NCBI GenBank assembly: GCA_048013815.1
Contig: CM106586.1
Span: 20,026,001 to 20,090,000 of the forward strand
DNA: 64,000 nucleotides
Reading direction: 5' to 3'
Source of the DNA: Setoptus koraiensis
Lineage: Eukaryota > Animalia > Arthropoda
Shown here: one piece after another, positions 26,293 to 37,840 of the stretch
How positions within the stretch are numbered: position 1 is the first letter of the stretch
How the letters are laid out: each line of letters opens with the position of its first letter
The notes under the pieces: model-generated
Databases searched by the model: none
What the model was told of the DNA's origin: nothing
The model's input: the letters and a program-made list of their open reading frames with translations, nothing else
Made by a program: the position numbers and the translations under genes

Positions 26293-26334
26293 ATCATGTC
26301 GACTACATCATGTCGACTACATCATGTGGACTAC
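26293..26334. repeat. 14-bp unit (ATCATGTCGACTAC) x3
   Basis: Read directly; the third unit has one mismatch. Confidence 0.9.
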
Positions 26335-26562
26335 ATGGGTCCTACTACTACTACCGGCGTGTCGGTTTCATGCTCGACGCTTCAAGTATCCCATGGCAGC
26401 TAATGAATTGAGCGTGGACACGCCAGCGATATGTAATGATAATGTGCGGACGACAGGCGGCCAGCGACCAGACCAGCGCCAAATAATGGATAATAGTGCG
26501 AGCGAGCGAGCGAGTCGAAATTGTTAATCTGCCCAACTATCGCGTTTATATTGAATGAACGA

Positions 26563-26604
26563 CACACTCTGTCGGGCACACTCTGTCGGGCACACTCTGT
26601 CGGG
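26563..26604. repeat. 14-bp unit (CACACTCTGTCGGG) x3, perfect
   Basis: Read directly from the sequence. Confidence 0.92.
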
Positions 26605-27558
26605 CCGGCTGTATCGGATCGGACAGAGCCAGCAGCAGCAGAAATAATGCGGCTCGACTCAATTTGAGTGTGGCGCGCCAATATCCGCCAGGTACGGACA
26701 CAGCTACAAGCCAGCAAATGCTACAAATGATTTGCTGACTTGTTGGCTCTTGTTGCATCTTGGCCTTGCGTCATCAATCAGCAGCCCCGCATTGTATTGT
26801 GGAATGGCAGCGGCCATTGTTGTATTATTGTCGGCTATTGACGTTGCAAGCTTGATTGGTTGCCATAATCACTTTAACTGCGTGCCTAGCTTGCCAAATG
26901 TGTGCCACTCAATCATGCGGCCGCCGATCGTTCAGTTGGGCCGCGCTGGCCAGTTTTAGTGGTCCGTGATTAAAGTCGACTAACTAGCAAGTATTGGCAG
27001 TAAGCGGCAGCAGCAGCAGCAACAAAGCCCAACATGAGCGAGCCGGCTAATCTGAGCCAGCTGAGCTTATTATGTTCTCAGCGTGAATCTTTGCGTCATT
27101 GGTCCACCAATGACGGGCCAAAGCGAAATGATAATAATCATAATTATAACTATAATAATCTGCGCATAGTGCTGCAAATCGCCATTTTCGCTTGTTGTGG
27201 AATCATTTCGCTGGTTAGTTCACCATTTCACCATTTTGCCATTCGGTAAGAGAGCGATAGTGAAAGTCAACAACAGTCAACCGGCAGAGCGCCGCTTTTC
27301 GCTTTTCTATTCATTAACATGATTACTTACATGCCGAATTGGCGAGCAGTAAGACCGACTGACTGAGACTTGCAGGTCATCGGATAATGCCCATTAAACA
27401 CACAAATGCGACGATGGGTAGCTAATTCGCGCGCTCGCTCGCTCGCCTGCCAGCCACTTACGAACCATTCAATTAGAGCCAGTGTCGCACATAGCGAGAG
27501 CGAAAGTTTGACAGGGCAGTTTTCATTTGTTTGCCGTCTCGCTAATGACACACCTGAA

Positions 27559-27662
27559 CCAACTGACAAAGAACACTGAACAGAACCAGCAACAAACCGA
27601 CAAAGAACACTGAACAGAACCAGCAGCAGCCAACTGGAAAGAACACTGACGACAGCCAGCAG
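27559..27662. repeat. ~34-bp unit x3 (core AAAGAACACTGA); reads TCAGTGTTCTTT on the minus strand, resembling an initiator
   Basis: Units at 27559, 27593 and 27630. TCAGT is the arthropod Inr consensus; a promoter role is inference. Confidence 0.8.
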
Positions 27663-28079
27663 AACGAACGGGCCCGCCGCAATTCGAGCATTGATTTCTT
27701 GATACTTTCTTTTCTTTCTCGCCAAGACGGGCATAATAGCCGAGTGGCACGCATGAACACCAAATGTATCCTCCACCCCCCCCCATATCACACACCATGA
27801 CACACCGGCACCGCAAGATGCTCACCGAAAGCGGCTAATCGCAAACTAATGGCACCTATACGTCTTTATCCCTTCTTGTACTAACTAATCCCGTTTGATC
27901 CCTGTACCATGCGAACATTGCTGTTGTTTCTGGCCGCAGACCTGGCACCGTAACCACGACACACACAACTTCTCGGGGGCACCAACAATCGAGCCAGCGG
28001 GATCATCGGACAATCGGTCATTGTTTTTGACTTAATATGTAACTAAGACGATCAGGCGGACACACAATTGATACCTCAC

Positions 28080-31000
28080 ATGTTGGCCCAACTTTTCAAG
28101 GTAAATGATCCGATCATAATTATTCATTGTTGCCCATTGAGAGCTTTACGTGCAAATCCGCCATACCCAATACCCAATATTGATATACAATACATAGTAA
28201 CAATCTGCTATAACATGATATTCACTATCGTCTATTTTTGCCAATTATTCGCCGCTCGTTCGCTGATGCCAACCACCACGAAATAACAATGCAACAATAC
28301 GTTCTATGGGCACAATGGTAATATGCAATTGCGTCCCCATTATAGTCGCTATTTCTGGCGACTCTCTTCATAACATTTGTCGTGAACATAATGTTTCTTG
28401 TCGGAACAAAAGATAAACCCCCAGATGGTGAGTGCAACATTACCATGCATGAGTGTTATAATCTAATTATCACGTCAGCTTGACACAACAACTGATTTAT
28501 CATCATCCTTATCATCGCTAATGTTGCTCCATTAATATTTAATGATAATATTGTGTAGCTGTGGTAGATCAGACCACCGACCACAGACGCCTGTTTATGC
28601 GCAGCAATGCAGCCGATTTAGAATACAATCCCGCTGCCGATTACGTAGCCAATGCCAATCAAATTAGGGATCAAAATGATACCACGACGACCACGATAAA
28701 CAATAAAACTGGATTAAACTCGCAACTTACTTTGAACCCGATCAGAGACGCGGCTGCCATTGGCGGCCCTGCAAACAATTTCAAATCCGGCAAACAAGCT
28801 TCTGGCAACGATTACAACACCGACAACAACTTGACCGCCCTGATAATTGAGACTCACGAAAACTCGAGACAGCTCGCGGCATCGGCCTCAATCAATGACG
28901 CAGGAGCATATTTAGATGGCAATAAATACTATTACACTCAAGTGCCGTCGCCTACCATCATACAGGCCACTTATTATGGCTTCCCAAGCAGAGTGGTCAA
29001 ACAACAGGCGACATCATCGACGTCGAAGCCGCAAAAGGCCGCTCCAGATATCGCGGCCACTCATAATCCGCAATTAAGTTCTCATATGGACGACGGCACT
29101 TACGACAGTGATATGACGCCGGTTGAGCACGACACAAACAGAAATAATAATAATAATTCAACTAATTCAACTCAAAATGTTGATTCTATCAGCGCCGTCG
29201 GAATTGCTCAAGATGGACGCGATAAGCTAACTGGGGTTGAGGATTCGAAGCGGTTCTCAACGGAGCAACAATTTCCAGATTATCACCGACCATCTAGTGG
29301 CCGTTCGGGGCTGACCGGCGCTGCCGATCTTCCAGGCCAGCTTTATCAGCCGCACCATCAGACTAAGCAACCAAAGAGAAATGAGCCATTCGGTCACAGT
29401 GTAACTATGAAACTGTTGACCACAAGCTTGGCCTCGTCAAAATCAAATGACAAGCACGCTGACGGCGATCTAGCGAACAACGCGCCAGAAATCTATGACA
29501 GCATGCCTGGGATCCATGGCATAAGTCAAAAACGTTTGACCAATCATAATTATAATTCTGTGCCCAACACGATTGTGTTGCCCAAAGATTCTTCCCATAT
29601 CGATAATCTATCGCTTAAATCCGGCGTCACAACTCTATCGAGCTATCATGCTGAATCAAACATACATGCCATTGATAGTGATACGATCAGAATGAGGCGA
29701 CCAGCGATAACAACAACAAGCATGGCGCCCAGTTCGTCGCAATCGTCGGGATCGTTCAAAGCACCAAAATTAAACATCAAAGTGTTATCTAGCAAAAATA
29801 GAGTGTACGTCAAAGTCAATGACATTCTCATATACGAGAGCGGTGGTGCTAGAGCCACAACGGATGTCAACGGCGAAACAATCATCAATAGAGATAAATG
29901 GATTGATAGTGCAGACTCTACATCTGGTCGTGGTATACACTTAATTGTGTTGAATGAATTCAATGGAAATGTTTTGGCAAAGCGAGTTTTCGATACTTAT
30001 TCTCCTCACCAAGACGACGAGTTAAGTTTATTCGTTCAAATGATAAGAGATGGCAGAATATTGATATTTGCTGTCAAAGATGAGGCCACATTTCAGATGC
30101 CCGAACGATCGCCCGCCAGATTACTTATAAGACGCCTGGGCAGCGAGCATATCATGACATTAAAATGGCGCGATATGTGGGCCATGGTCACTAGGAAACA
30201 AACCCGGCTAGAGACGAATGTTGGACCAGGTCAAACATTTGCGCCAGTCAATAGAAGAATTGAGATAAGAGATGAACAGAATACAGATCAGATTATCGGT
30301 TATGAGCCTAATTATGGCGAATCTATTAGCAGGTCGCCACAATTCAGTGAATGGGCTCCAGCTACCCTGTTAGAGTCCAATGTCACACTTGTGGAGTCCT
30401 ATTCAATTGGAAAGAGCACTAGCGTGGACAATAACAACATCAACTACTCTTCCGAATATTATTACGCCGATTGCAATTGGAATTCTAGTCATTCAGAATC
30501 GGAGAATACGTTCGAGCGGAGACGAGACTTTTGTAGTAAACTAGAGGGCTACGGCAGTGTTTGTGATTGCAAAAATCCCACACCTATCACATTCAAGCCT
30601 AATCCGGTAAGTGGTACAGACATGAGGAAAATTATAGCAATCGAATCAAGAACGAAAATTTGAAATAAGACAATACAGAATGAATACTAATCCGTTCTCC
30701 CTGTGTTCTGCCAGATTGAAAACTCTCAAATAGATAAAATACCTGTGATTGTTATGGCAAGCAATAGGCCATATTATTTGTATAGGATGCTCAGGACGTT
30801 ACTGTCGGCGGATGGCGTCAATTCTAGCATGATAACAGTATTCATCGATGGATATTATGATGAACCGTTGATGGTGACACGATTGTTCAATTTGAGAGCA
30901 GTTCAACATACACCTTCTGGATATAGGAGCGCCAGGATATCTCAACACTATCGGGCTAGTTTGACAGCGATATTTGAAATGTTTCCAAAGGCCGATCATG

Positions 31001-32037
31001 TTATTATCATAGAAGAGGATCTTGATGTGGCCAACGATTTTTTTGTTTATTTTAATCAAACTATCAATCTACTCGATAAAGATCCTAGTTTGTATTGCAT
31101 TTCCGCTTGGAATGACCAGGGATACGATCACACTTCGAGAGACAACAGTCTGTTATATAGGGTAGAGTCCATGCCTGGTTTAGGTTGGTTACTTCAAAGG
31201 CGATTATACAAGCAAGAACTGGAGTCGCGTTGGCCCTCGGTTGACCGTCAACATGACTGGGACATGTGGATTAGGACTCCGGATGTAAGAAAAGGAAGAG
31301 AATGCATTGTACCTGACGTGTCTCGCACCTATCATTTTGGCTCCAAGGGAATCAACATGAATTCATATTTTCAAGGGCAATACTTTAGCAAGCACGCCAT
31401 CAATATGATACCACAATACAATTTTAAGAATGTGGATCTCATGACTGAGCACGCTTACGAGGATAGTATCATCAACTTAGTGAAAACAGGACATGTGATA
31501 ACGGAGGCTGATATGAATTATTCAGACGCCACGACAATTACCGACAATCGAACAGCCACAATCAGGGCTTCATCACCATCAACAGTAGCAGCATCAGCTT
31601 CCTATTCGACTGGTAACAGGGAAAAGTTTGCAAAATTTCTCTGTTCTTTAGCTAACGCAGACGACGATCAACTATCATCGAGTGCGGCCTTCCATTATGC
31701 CATCAGTCCCTCGCGAGGCATAAAGGGATCCAATGGAATTGAAAAGCAGGCAGCGACTAAAGTAGCCAGCAAAGAACAACACGCTGATTCTAGTTTAATT
31801 TCTGCTGAGCCCAAAATATCAAATGTGATATTTATAGATATGATTGACCACAACAATTTTACTACTTGGTTGAAACTAGCTAAATGCTGGCACATCTGGG
31901 ATCTTGATGCACGTGGACAGCATAAATCAATGTGGCGACTCTTTCTCAACGGTCGACACACGCTTGTCATTGGTGTACCTGCATCGCCATATTCTAAACT
32001 GATGCCATCTAATATAGTGCCATTTCGTTTTATTTGA
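28080..32037 (+). CDS. POMGNT1: Protein O-linked mannose beta-1,2-N-acetylglucosaminyltransferase 1 (GT13). Proposed exons 28080-28100 (may extend to 28056 or have further upstream exons), 28346-28427, 28559-30606, 30715-32037
   Basis: Spliced model gives MLAQLFK|SLFLATLFITFVVNIMFLVG (type II TM), a stem/ILEI domain (GRGIHLIVLNE, RDMWAMV, YGSVCDC) and a GT13 catalytic domain (MASNRPYYL, ISQHYRASL, IIEEDLD, CISAWND, MPGLGW, WDMWIR, PDVSRTYHFG). All introns are GT-AG and phase-compatible (0, 1, 0). The 5'-most exon is uncertain. Confidence 0.92.
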
Positions 32038-33486
32038 ATCTGATCACAAAGGACAATCACTCACTAAATCCAATTAATATTTACTGTAATCCTAATTATG
32101 ACATTAGTTTTTGTTTAAGTTACTTCAATAAATCCAGTTATTTTATTAACTCCTTTACTGTAATAATGCAACTTCCGGCTAGATGAATGATTCCTGCTTC
32201 AATGTGGAGACTCTCCACTGGAGAGTGTGGAGAATCTCCGCTGAAGATGCACGAATTTTTGGGTTCACTTGTTTTGAATATGGCGCGCTTCTGTACGTTA
32301 CAACGGGTTCTTCGCCATGCAAAACGTTAATCAACGAAAGTTGTTCATGTGATAAAACAACTCTGGGATGTCGCGACTCGCGAAGGAGATTCTTTGGATC
32401 TGACATCACCACAGCTGATCGAGGGGCAAACTTTTCAATACAGAAGAGACCAATTAAGTCAGCGCAAACAATTGATTGTTTTCTGGCCACTGTCCAGTAC
32501 AGATTTAACGGGGAGTTCGTGCAATATTTTACAACGTAAGCCACTGGCGAGCAGACACAAGTAGCATGAACAAGACTTGGTTACACTATGCAAAAGAGAT
32601 GCTGTGATGTATTGCGAAAAAGATATGATCTATCGAGGTCACGATAAGACGCTTTGCTCTTGGCATAAAAACATATCCAAAGAGCCGACTGTTGAGCCGA
32701 TCGTCGCACTCGTAATTGGATGAGTGGCCCTGCGCCAATTGAATTGTATCCGCTTACAAGTGTATAAGAATATTTCATACTTTCTCATCCAAAGAAGAGA
32801 GATATCTACGTTTTGTATGTCTATGGGTTTAAGGGATACATTCATTTAGATGGATTTGTATAATGGATTGTGTATTTTTCATACCTGATGCGCTGTAAAC
32901 AATTGATTTCGGGCTCCAAATTCGAATAAAAAGAACAGACAGACGAACAGACAGACAGACCGCCGCACATACTTGCGCCCAGCCTAGCATAATTTTGTTT
33001 TGTGCTATGACTGTGACTGGGCGTCACGTATAGAGTAGTCAATAGAAAGTTGATCTTAATATTTATACAAATGTATACATTATTACTAATATAAATATAA
33101 TATATTATTATGAATTATATATTAAATAAATATATATATATGTATATTATCACAATCATACTATCTTCACGCAATCATAAGCAAAATGATGTCTTTTCTG
33201 ATTAGAATGAGAAATGATTTGCTACCAGAGATAAGGGACACCATCATTATTACTAACAAGCAAACTGGGATTTGGAGCTAACATCACTATTATCGCTATT
33301 ATTATTATCTCATCATCATTCATGCTACTATTATTATCGTTGTCATCATAATTAACAGTACATCATACATCATTAATAATATTGCCGCTACTAGCACAAC
33401 ATTATCTCTATTATAAAACAATTTTATAGTTATTATTATTATTATTATTACATCAATCGGTTGGGCATCGTCCACAAAAACGCCTA

Positions 33487-35916
33487 ATGGTCAAAGCTCG
33501 ATCTCCCCATTCGCCCAAGTCACTGAACAATTGTCCAAGTCAGACTAAAAGATTGTGCGTACGTGGATCTTTAAGTGACAACAACGAGATCGACGACAAA
33601 TACGACACTAATCAAGGACAGTCAAGTGCAACTACCATACAGCCAAATAATACCGCAATTTCCACGGAAAATACAATGACGGCTAATGGCAGTATTTCAT
33701 TGGACTCTGACAATCGTGATTTCATTGGGCAACTTTACGACAATCTGGCCTCTAGTCATGAAAAATGTCTAGAAGCGCTAGAATCGTTAAAGATTTTCAC
33801 AATAGCTTACAGTAAAAAAAAAGATTTAGTCACAGAACGTGGTTTTATACCAAGATTGCTGATAATATTACAAAATAGCGAGTATGATACTCAAATTAAA
33901 ACTCAAATAGCGCTTATATTTAATAGTCTAGCCAAAGAGACTGAAATACCACTAAAGACACTATTGGAGAATAATGTTCCAGCGCACATAATCAACACAA
34001 TGATGACTTACCAAAATGACATCAACTTAACAGATGCATGCCTCAGGTGCTTGAGATCATTGTTTATCTATGATTTTATTGATACTCAACTTTTACTAGG
34101 TCACATTGATGAGAATGGCGATAATACAACAGTAGGGTCCAACACACAACAACTGGATCGGTATAAACTATTACAGTTCACACCATCTAGTGTGCTGCAG
34201 TACATGATCAATTTAGCCTCATCCACGAGATCTGGAGACATTCAAGAGTGTGTTGCCACCATCCTCGCTCATTCTTGTCAAACTTATGAACATCAGACCA
34301 TATTATGCAATTCGTTGGCCATAGATTGTATAGTTAAGCTATTACAAACCCCATACTACACCGTTAATGTGGCAGCTCTCAAGTGGTTGGCAAACCTTTG
34401 CTACAAGAACGAGGCTATTTCCACTCTAGTAGCACAAACTAAAACAGATAGTGATGAATCTATTCTTGATATTCTCATTAAAAAAATGGATAGGGACAAC
34501 ACAGATGAGATACAATTTTTATCAGCCAAATGCTACACTTTCATTAATCGGGCTGCCATAGCTATAATGCAAAATGACAAAAGAATAATATTCTGGGTTC
34601 TACACACACTGGTTCGTATGGTCAAGAAAGACAAGCACCCTCAATTGAGATCAGATGCCGCAGATTGTATAAGTTACTTGATTGAGCCAGACGTTTACAT
34701 GCAACAAACAGCAAGCATTTGCGACAATCTCATTTCATCACTATTTGATATGCTATCATGTAAACCAGATAACCTTGACTTGACGCAATTTAGGCCACTC
34801 TCGGCGCCATTGAAATCCCTCAGTTGGAATGAAGCCATACCACCAAGACCTGTCTTTGATCTAAGGTCGTCACTAGGTCTAGCATCTTCAAGTAATTGTA
34901 GCATTATGCGCGTTGAGGTATGTAATAAGAATTTCCGATTATGCCAAGAAATGAAACAAGCGTCATTTAAAGCCTTTGCCGCACTCAGTGCCAACGATGA
35001 AGACATCAGAAGAAGAATCATGTCGGTTGAAAACTACAACATAATGACTTATGTAGTAGAGGGACTCTCCGATGGTGGTAACGTCAAAACAGTTTCAGAA
35101 GCGCTATGCTGTTTGCACAGTTTATCTAGATCAGTTCAACAATTGAGGACCTCATTTAATGAGAGTAACGTCTGGACTTCGCTCAAGTATCTCTTAAATA
35201 AAACTTCGGACGAAGTTCTCATATTAGTCTCGTCAACATTATGTAACCTTCTATTGGAATTTTCCCCCGGCAAGCAACACTTTCTTGACCAGAAAGCAAT
35301 CGAATCGTTGTGTAATCTAACCAGAAGACAGAATGAACCAGCGCTTAGATTGAATGGTGTTTGGGCTTTGATGAACATGGCATTCCAAGCAGACCAAGAA
35401 ACTAAATCTCAGATATTGACCTCTTTGAGTATTGATCAAATCTTCAGGCTCCTACAAGAACGTGATGTTGAGATACTCCTCAAGACTTTAGGTCTCTTAA
35501 GAAACTTGCTATCCGAGAAAGCTCACATCGAGACTATAATGGCGACTTACGGGAAACAGATAATGCAAGCAGTTATAGGTGTTTTATCGGGAGATCACCC
35601 TGTGGAGGTTCAGGAGCAAGCCTTGTGTATATTAGCTAACATAGCCGATGGGGATACAGCTAAAGAGTTATTCATCATGTCAAATGATGAAATTTTGCGT
35701 AAATTGTCAAGTTATCTTGTGGGTAATCATGTTAAACTTCAACTAGCGGCCATATTTTGTATCAGCAATTTGGTGTGGCGTGCTGACGAAGGCTCCAAAA
35801 AACGTCAAGAGGTCCTTAGGCGCATCGGTGTCCACGGGCTTCTTCATAAATTGATTAATAATTCTGACAGCTCAATATCGAATCGAGCAAGAACAGCTCT
35901 CGACCAGTTTATTTAG
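33487..35916 (+). CDS. ARMC8: Armadillo repeat-containing protein 8 (CTLH/GID complex subunit); single exon, 809 aa
   Basis: Armadillo repeats with ARMC8-typical strings AFKAFAALSANDEDIRRRI, CCLHSLSRSVQQLRTSF, LCNLLLEFSP, LRLNGVWALMNMAFQA, EQALCILANIADG. Confidence 0.93.
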   Translation: MVKARSPHSPKSLNNCPSQTKRLCVRGSLSDNNEIDDKYDTNQGQSSATTIQPNNTAISTENTMTANGSISLDSDNRDFIGQLYDNLASSHEKCLEALESLKIFTIAYSKKKDLVTERGFIPRLLIILQNSEYDTQIKTQIALIFNSLAKETEIPLKTLLENNVPAHIINTMMTYQNDINLTDACLRCLRSLFIYDFIDTQLLLGHIDENGDNTTVGSNTQQLDRYKLLQFTPSSVLQYMINLASSTRSGDIQECVATILAHSCQTYEHQTILCNSLAIDCIVKLLQTPYYTVNVAALKWLANLCYKNEAISTLVAQTKTDSDESILDILIKKMDRDNTDEIQFLSAKCYTFINRAAIAIMQNDKRIIFWVLHTLVRMVKKDKHPQLRSDAADCISYLIEPDVYMQQTASICDNLISSLFDMLSCKPDNLDLTQFRPLSAPLKSLSWNEAIPPRPVFDLRSSLGLASSSNCSIMRVEVCNKNFRLCQEMKQASFKAFAALSANDEDIRRRIMSVENYNIMTYVVEGLSDGGNVKTVSEALCCLHSLSRSVQQLRTSFNESNVWTSLKYLLNKTSDEVLILVSSTLCNLLLEFSPGKQHFLDQKAIESLCNLTRRQNEPALRLNGVWALMNMAFQADQETKSQILTSLSIDQIFRLLQERDVEILLKTLGLLRNLLSEKAHIETIMATYGKQIMQAVIGVLSGDHPVEVQEQALCILANIADGDTAKELFIMSNDEILRKLSSYLVGNHVKLQLAAIFCISNLVWRADEGSKKRQEVLRRIGVHGLLHKLINNSDSSISNRARTALDQFI

Positions 35917-36086
35917 ATGAAACATGTCGCTCTAATAAATACACATGCAAAGGTTCTTCTATGAATTCTTCTTCGAGAATCCACATTAGCTCTGAGTAGT
36001 ATATTTAGTTCACGACGGTAATTTTACTCTTTTATAAGATTTCTTTATTGATTTTATGTCTCAACGATTGCTATATCGATTCAGGG

Positions 36087-37301
36087 CTAGATTGTTGCAG
36101 TGATCTTGCGACAAACGAAGAATGCACACCTATATATGGGACTGGACATCATAGAAAGTGCATTTTTGACGTAAAAAGAGTCAATATTTAGTTTTTCTTC
36201 TAAATATTCAAACCCACACTTTGTAATGATAGAACTTAAAATATCATAGCTCGGCTCGATAGAACATTCATCGCCTATGTCCGCGTAATGGTAAAGTAAT
36301 GGGCCAAAATTTATCCATAAACCATTGTCATTGAGTATACTGTGAATCTTTTCAATATACTCAACAACATTGTGTGCGGTGTCTAAGAAGAAACAAGTAC
36401 AAACACAGTCCCACTCAGTTTCTGTGTAAATTTCAAGAAAATTCCCGGCCGCCATGGAGAATTGACAATCACTTAGTATGATATCGTTCGGTGAAATATC
36501 TGGAAAGCTAATGGGCCTTATTTGATCATGGCAGGTGAGATTGTTGCCGTACTGATGCACAAAGGGATAGATTCTAAATAAGTTGGGTTCTGTACATTGG
36601 TTTAGTATGAAATTCGAAGGTAATAACATAAACAAAGAATACTCATTTCCCTGGCAAGAGTATCCTTTTTTCACTATTTCGTATGGCAATCTACCCAGGC
36701 CCGCCCCAGGTACAAGGACCTTTGTTTGACCTCTAGTCTTTTCTCCTACAGATTGGCACAAATATTGTTCCAGAGCATCGAGTATAAGCTTAAAAGATTG
36801 ATCTCGCTCAACCTGTCCCTCTGAAGACCATTCTCTGACTATCTGCTTCAGTACTGATTGTACTTTCTCGATGTCGATGGAGGTCGGCTTCAGCCTAGGC
36901 TCAGACAACATACTGGCAATAATCATTCTCAGTTCAGAGGAAGATCCAGAGGGCCCAGTGGATTCGGATGTGTTGAAACAAGGCTGCAAACTGTCAAAAG
37001 TATTATCATCGTAGTCTACCAGTCTCCTCAGGACCTCATGATTGTGGAGAATGCTTATTTTAATTTTATCCAAATGACCTTTGTAATCCCTCAATAAGGA
37101 TTGATGTCGTTGAGGAAGTTTTTCCAGACATCGGTAGGCTTTGTTCAATCTGATTGCCGAATGATGACTGTACAATTGGAATGTATTGACTACTCGTTGA
37201 AAATTTAATCTTTCCTCATCATCCTGGTGAACTTCAACCTGGGGACCCTCGTCAGAGAGTTGATCATTATAATTGACACCTGCTTTTGATGTGGATGCCA
37301 T
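36087..37301 (-). CDS. CARNMT1: Carnosine/protein-histidine N-methyltransferase 1 (N2227-like); single exon, 404 aa
   Basis: LKQIVREWSSEGQVER, SAM-binding VLVPGAGLGRL, QGNEYSLFML, FSMAAGNFLEIY, CFFLDTAHN, WINFGPLLYHY. Confidence 0.95.
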   Translation of the reverse strand: MASTSKAGVNYNDQLSDEGPQVEVHQDDEERLNFQRVVNTFQLYSHHSAIRLNKAYRCLEKLPQRHQSLLRDYKGHLDKIKISILHNHEVLRRLVDYDDNTFDSLQPCFNTSESTGPSGSSSELRMIIASMLSEPRLKPTSIDIEKVQSVLKQIVREWSSEGQVERDQSFKLILDALEQYLCQSVGEKTRGQTKVLVPGAGLGRLPYEIVKKGYSCQGNEYSLFMLLPSNFILNQCTEPNLFRIYPFVHQYGNNLTCHDQIRPISFPDISPNDIILSDCQFSMAAGNFLEIYTETEWDCVCTCFFLDTAHNVVEYIEKIHSILNDNGLWINFGPLLYHYADIGDECSIEPSYDILSSIITKCGFEYLEEKLNIDSFYVKNALSMMSSPIYRCAFFVCRKITATI

Positions 37302-37840
37302 GTCTTGATGATGTCAAGTAATTGACTACTTTAACAATCGATCACTACTGGAGTCCTGGACATTTTTGGACAATAATACTTGGTGTATATCCGATCCAAG
37401 TGCAGTCGATGAATACTACTGTTTAGATCAGCTGCTCGTGTTCTTTTCTGTTATTATCGCGGTGATAGTCATGCTGTTAGAGTCAAAAGGATGAAGGTTG
37501 CAGTGAGAAAAAAAAGGACTACTGTAGTTCGAATCAACCCACGTTGACTTTGTGAGAAGCTGATATAGTTAGTTCATGACAGTGATTTTTATTTTTTTAT
37601 CTGATTTCTATATAAATTCATCAAATACAACTAGTGAATAAATGTTGTTTGATTAAAGGGCCTAGAGTGTTAATCAAGCAGTTAAGTTTTCCATTTCTCT
37701 CGAACTAGGTGGGTACTTCACTTTAGGACTAATTGCAGATCTTGTACGGTATTTCCGACTGTATTAACTCAATTCATAATAATACTGTGATAGTCATGGT
37801 AAAATTGTCTAAAACTTCTATTAAATGTCTATTAAAGTGA

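Noticed and set aside
27034-27249. 71-aa ORF with a hydrophobic stretch and a GTAAGA donor as the first POMGNT1 exon
   Set aside because: No phase-consistent path to the 28056/28346 exons was found, and a second TM is not expected.
13889-27803. Many 100-290-aa ORFs in the track (for example 15908..16771, 21479..22087, 23562..24218, 23632..24285)
   Set aside because: They overlap in several frames, are R/A/P/C-rich from GC-rich low-complexity DNA, often have non-ATG starts, and show no recognisable domain.
37520-37545. B-box-like GTTCGAATC (possible tRNA)
   Set aside because: No A-box, D-arm or cloverleaf in the flanks.
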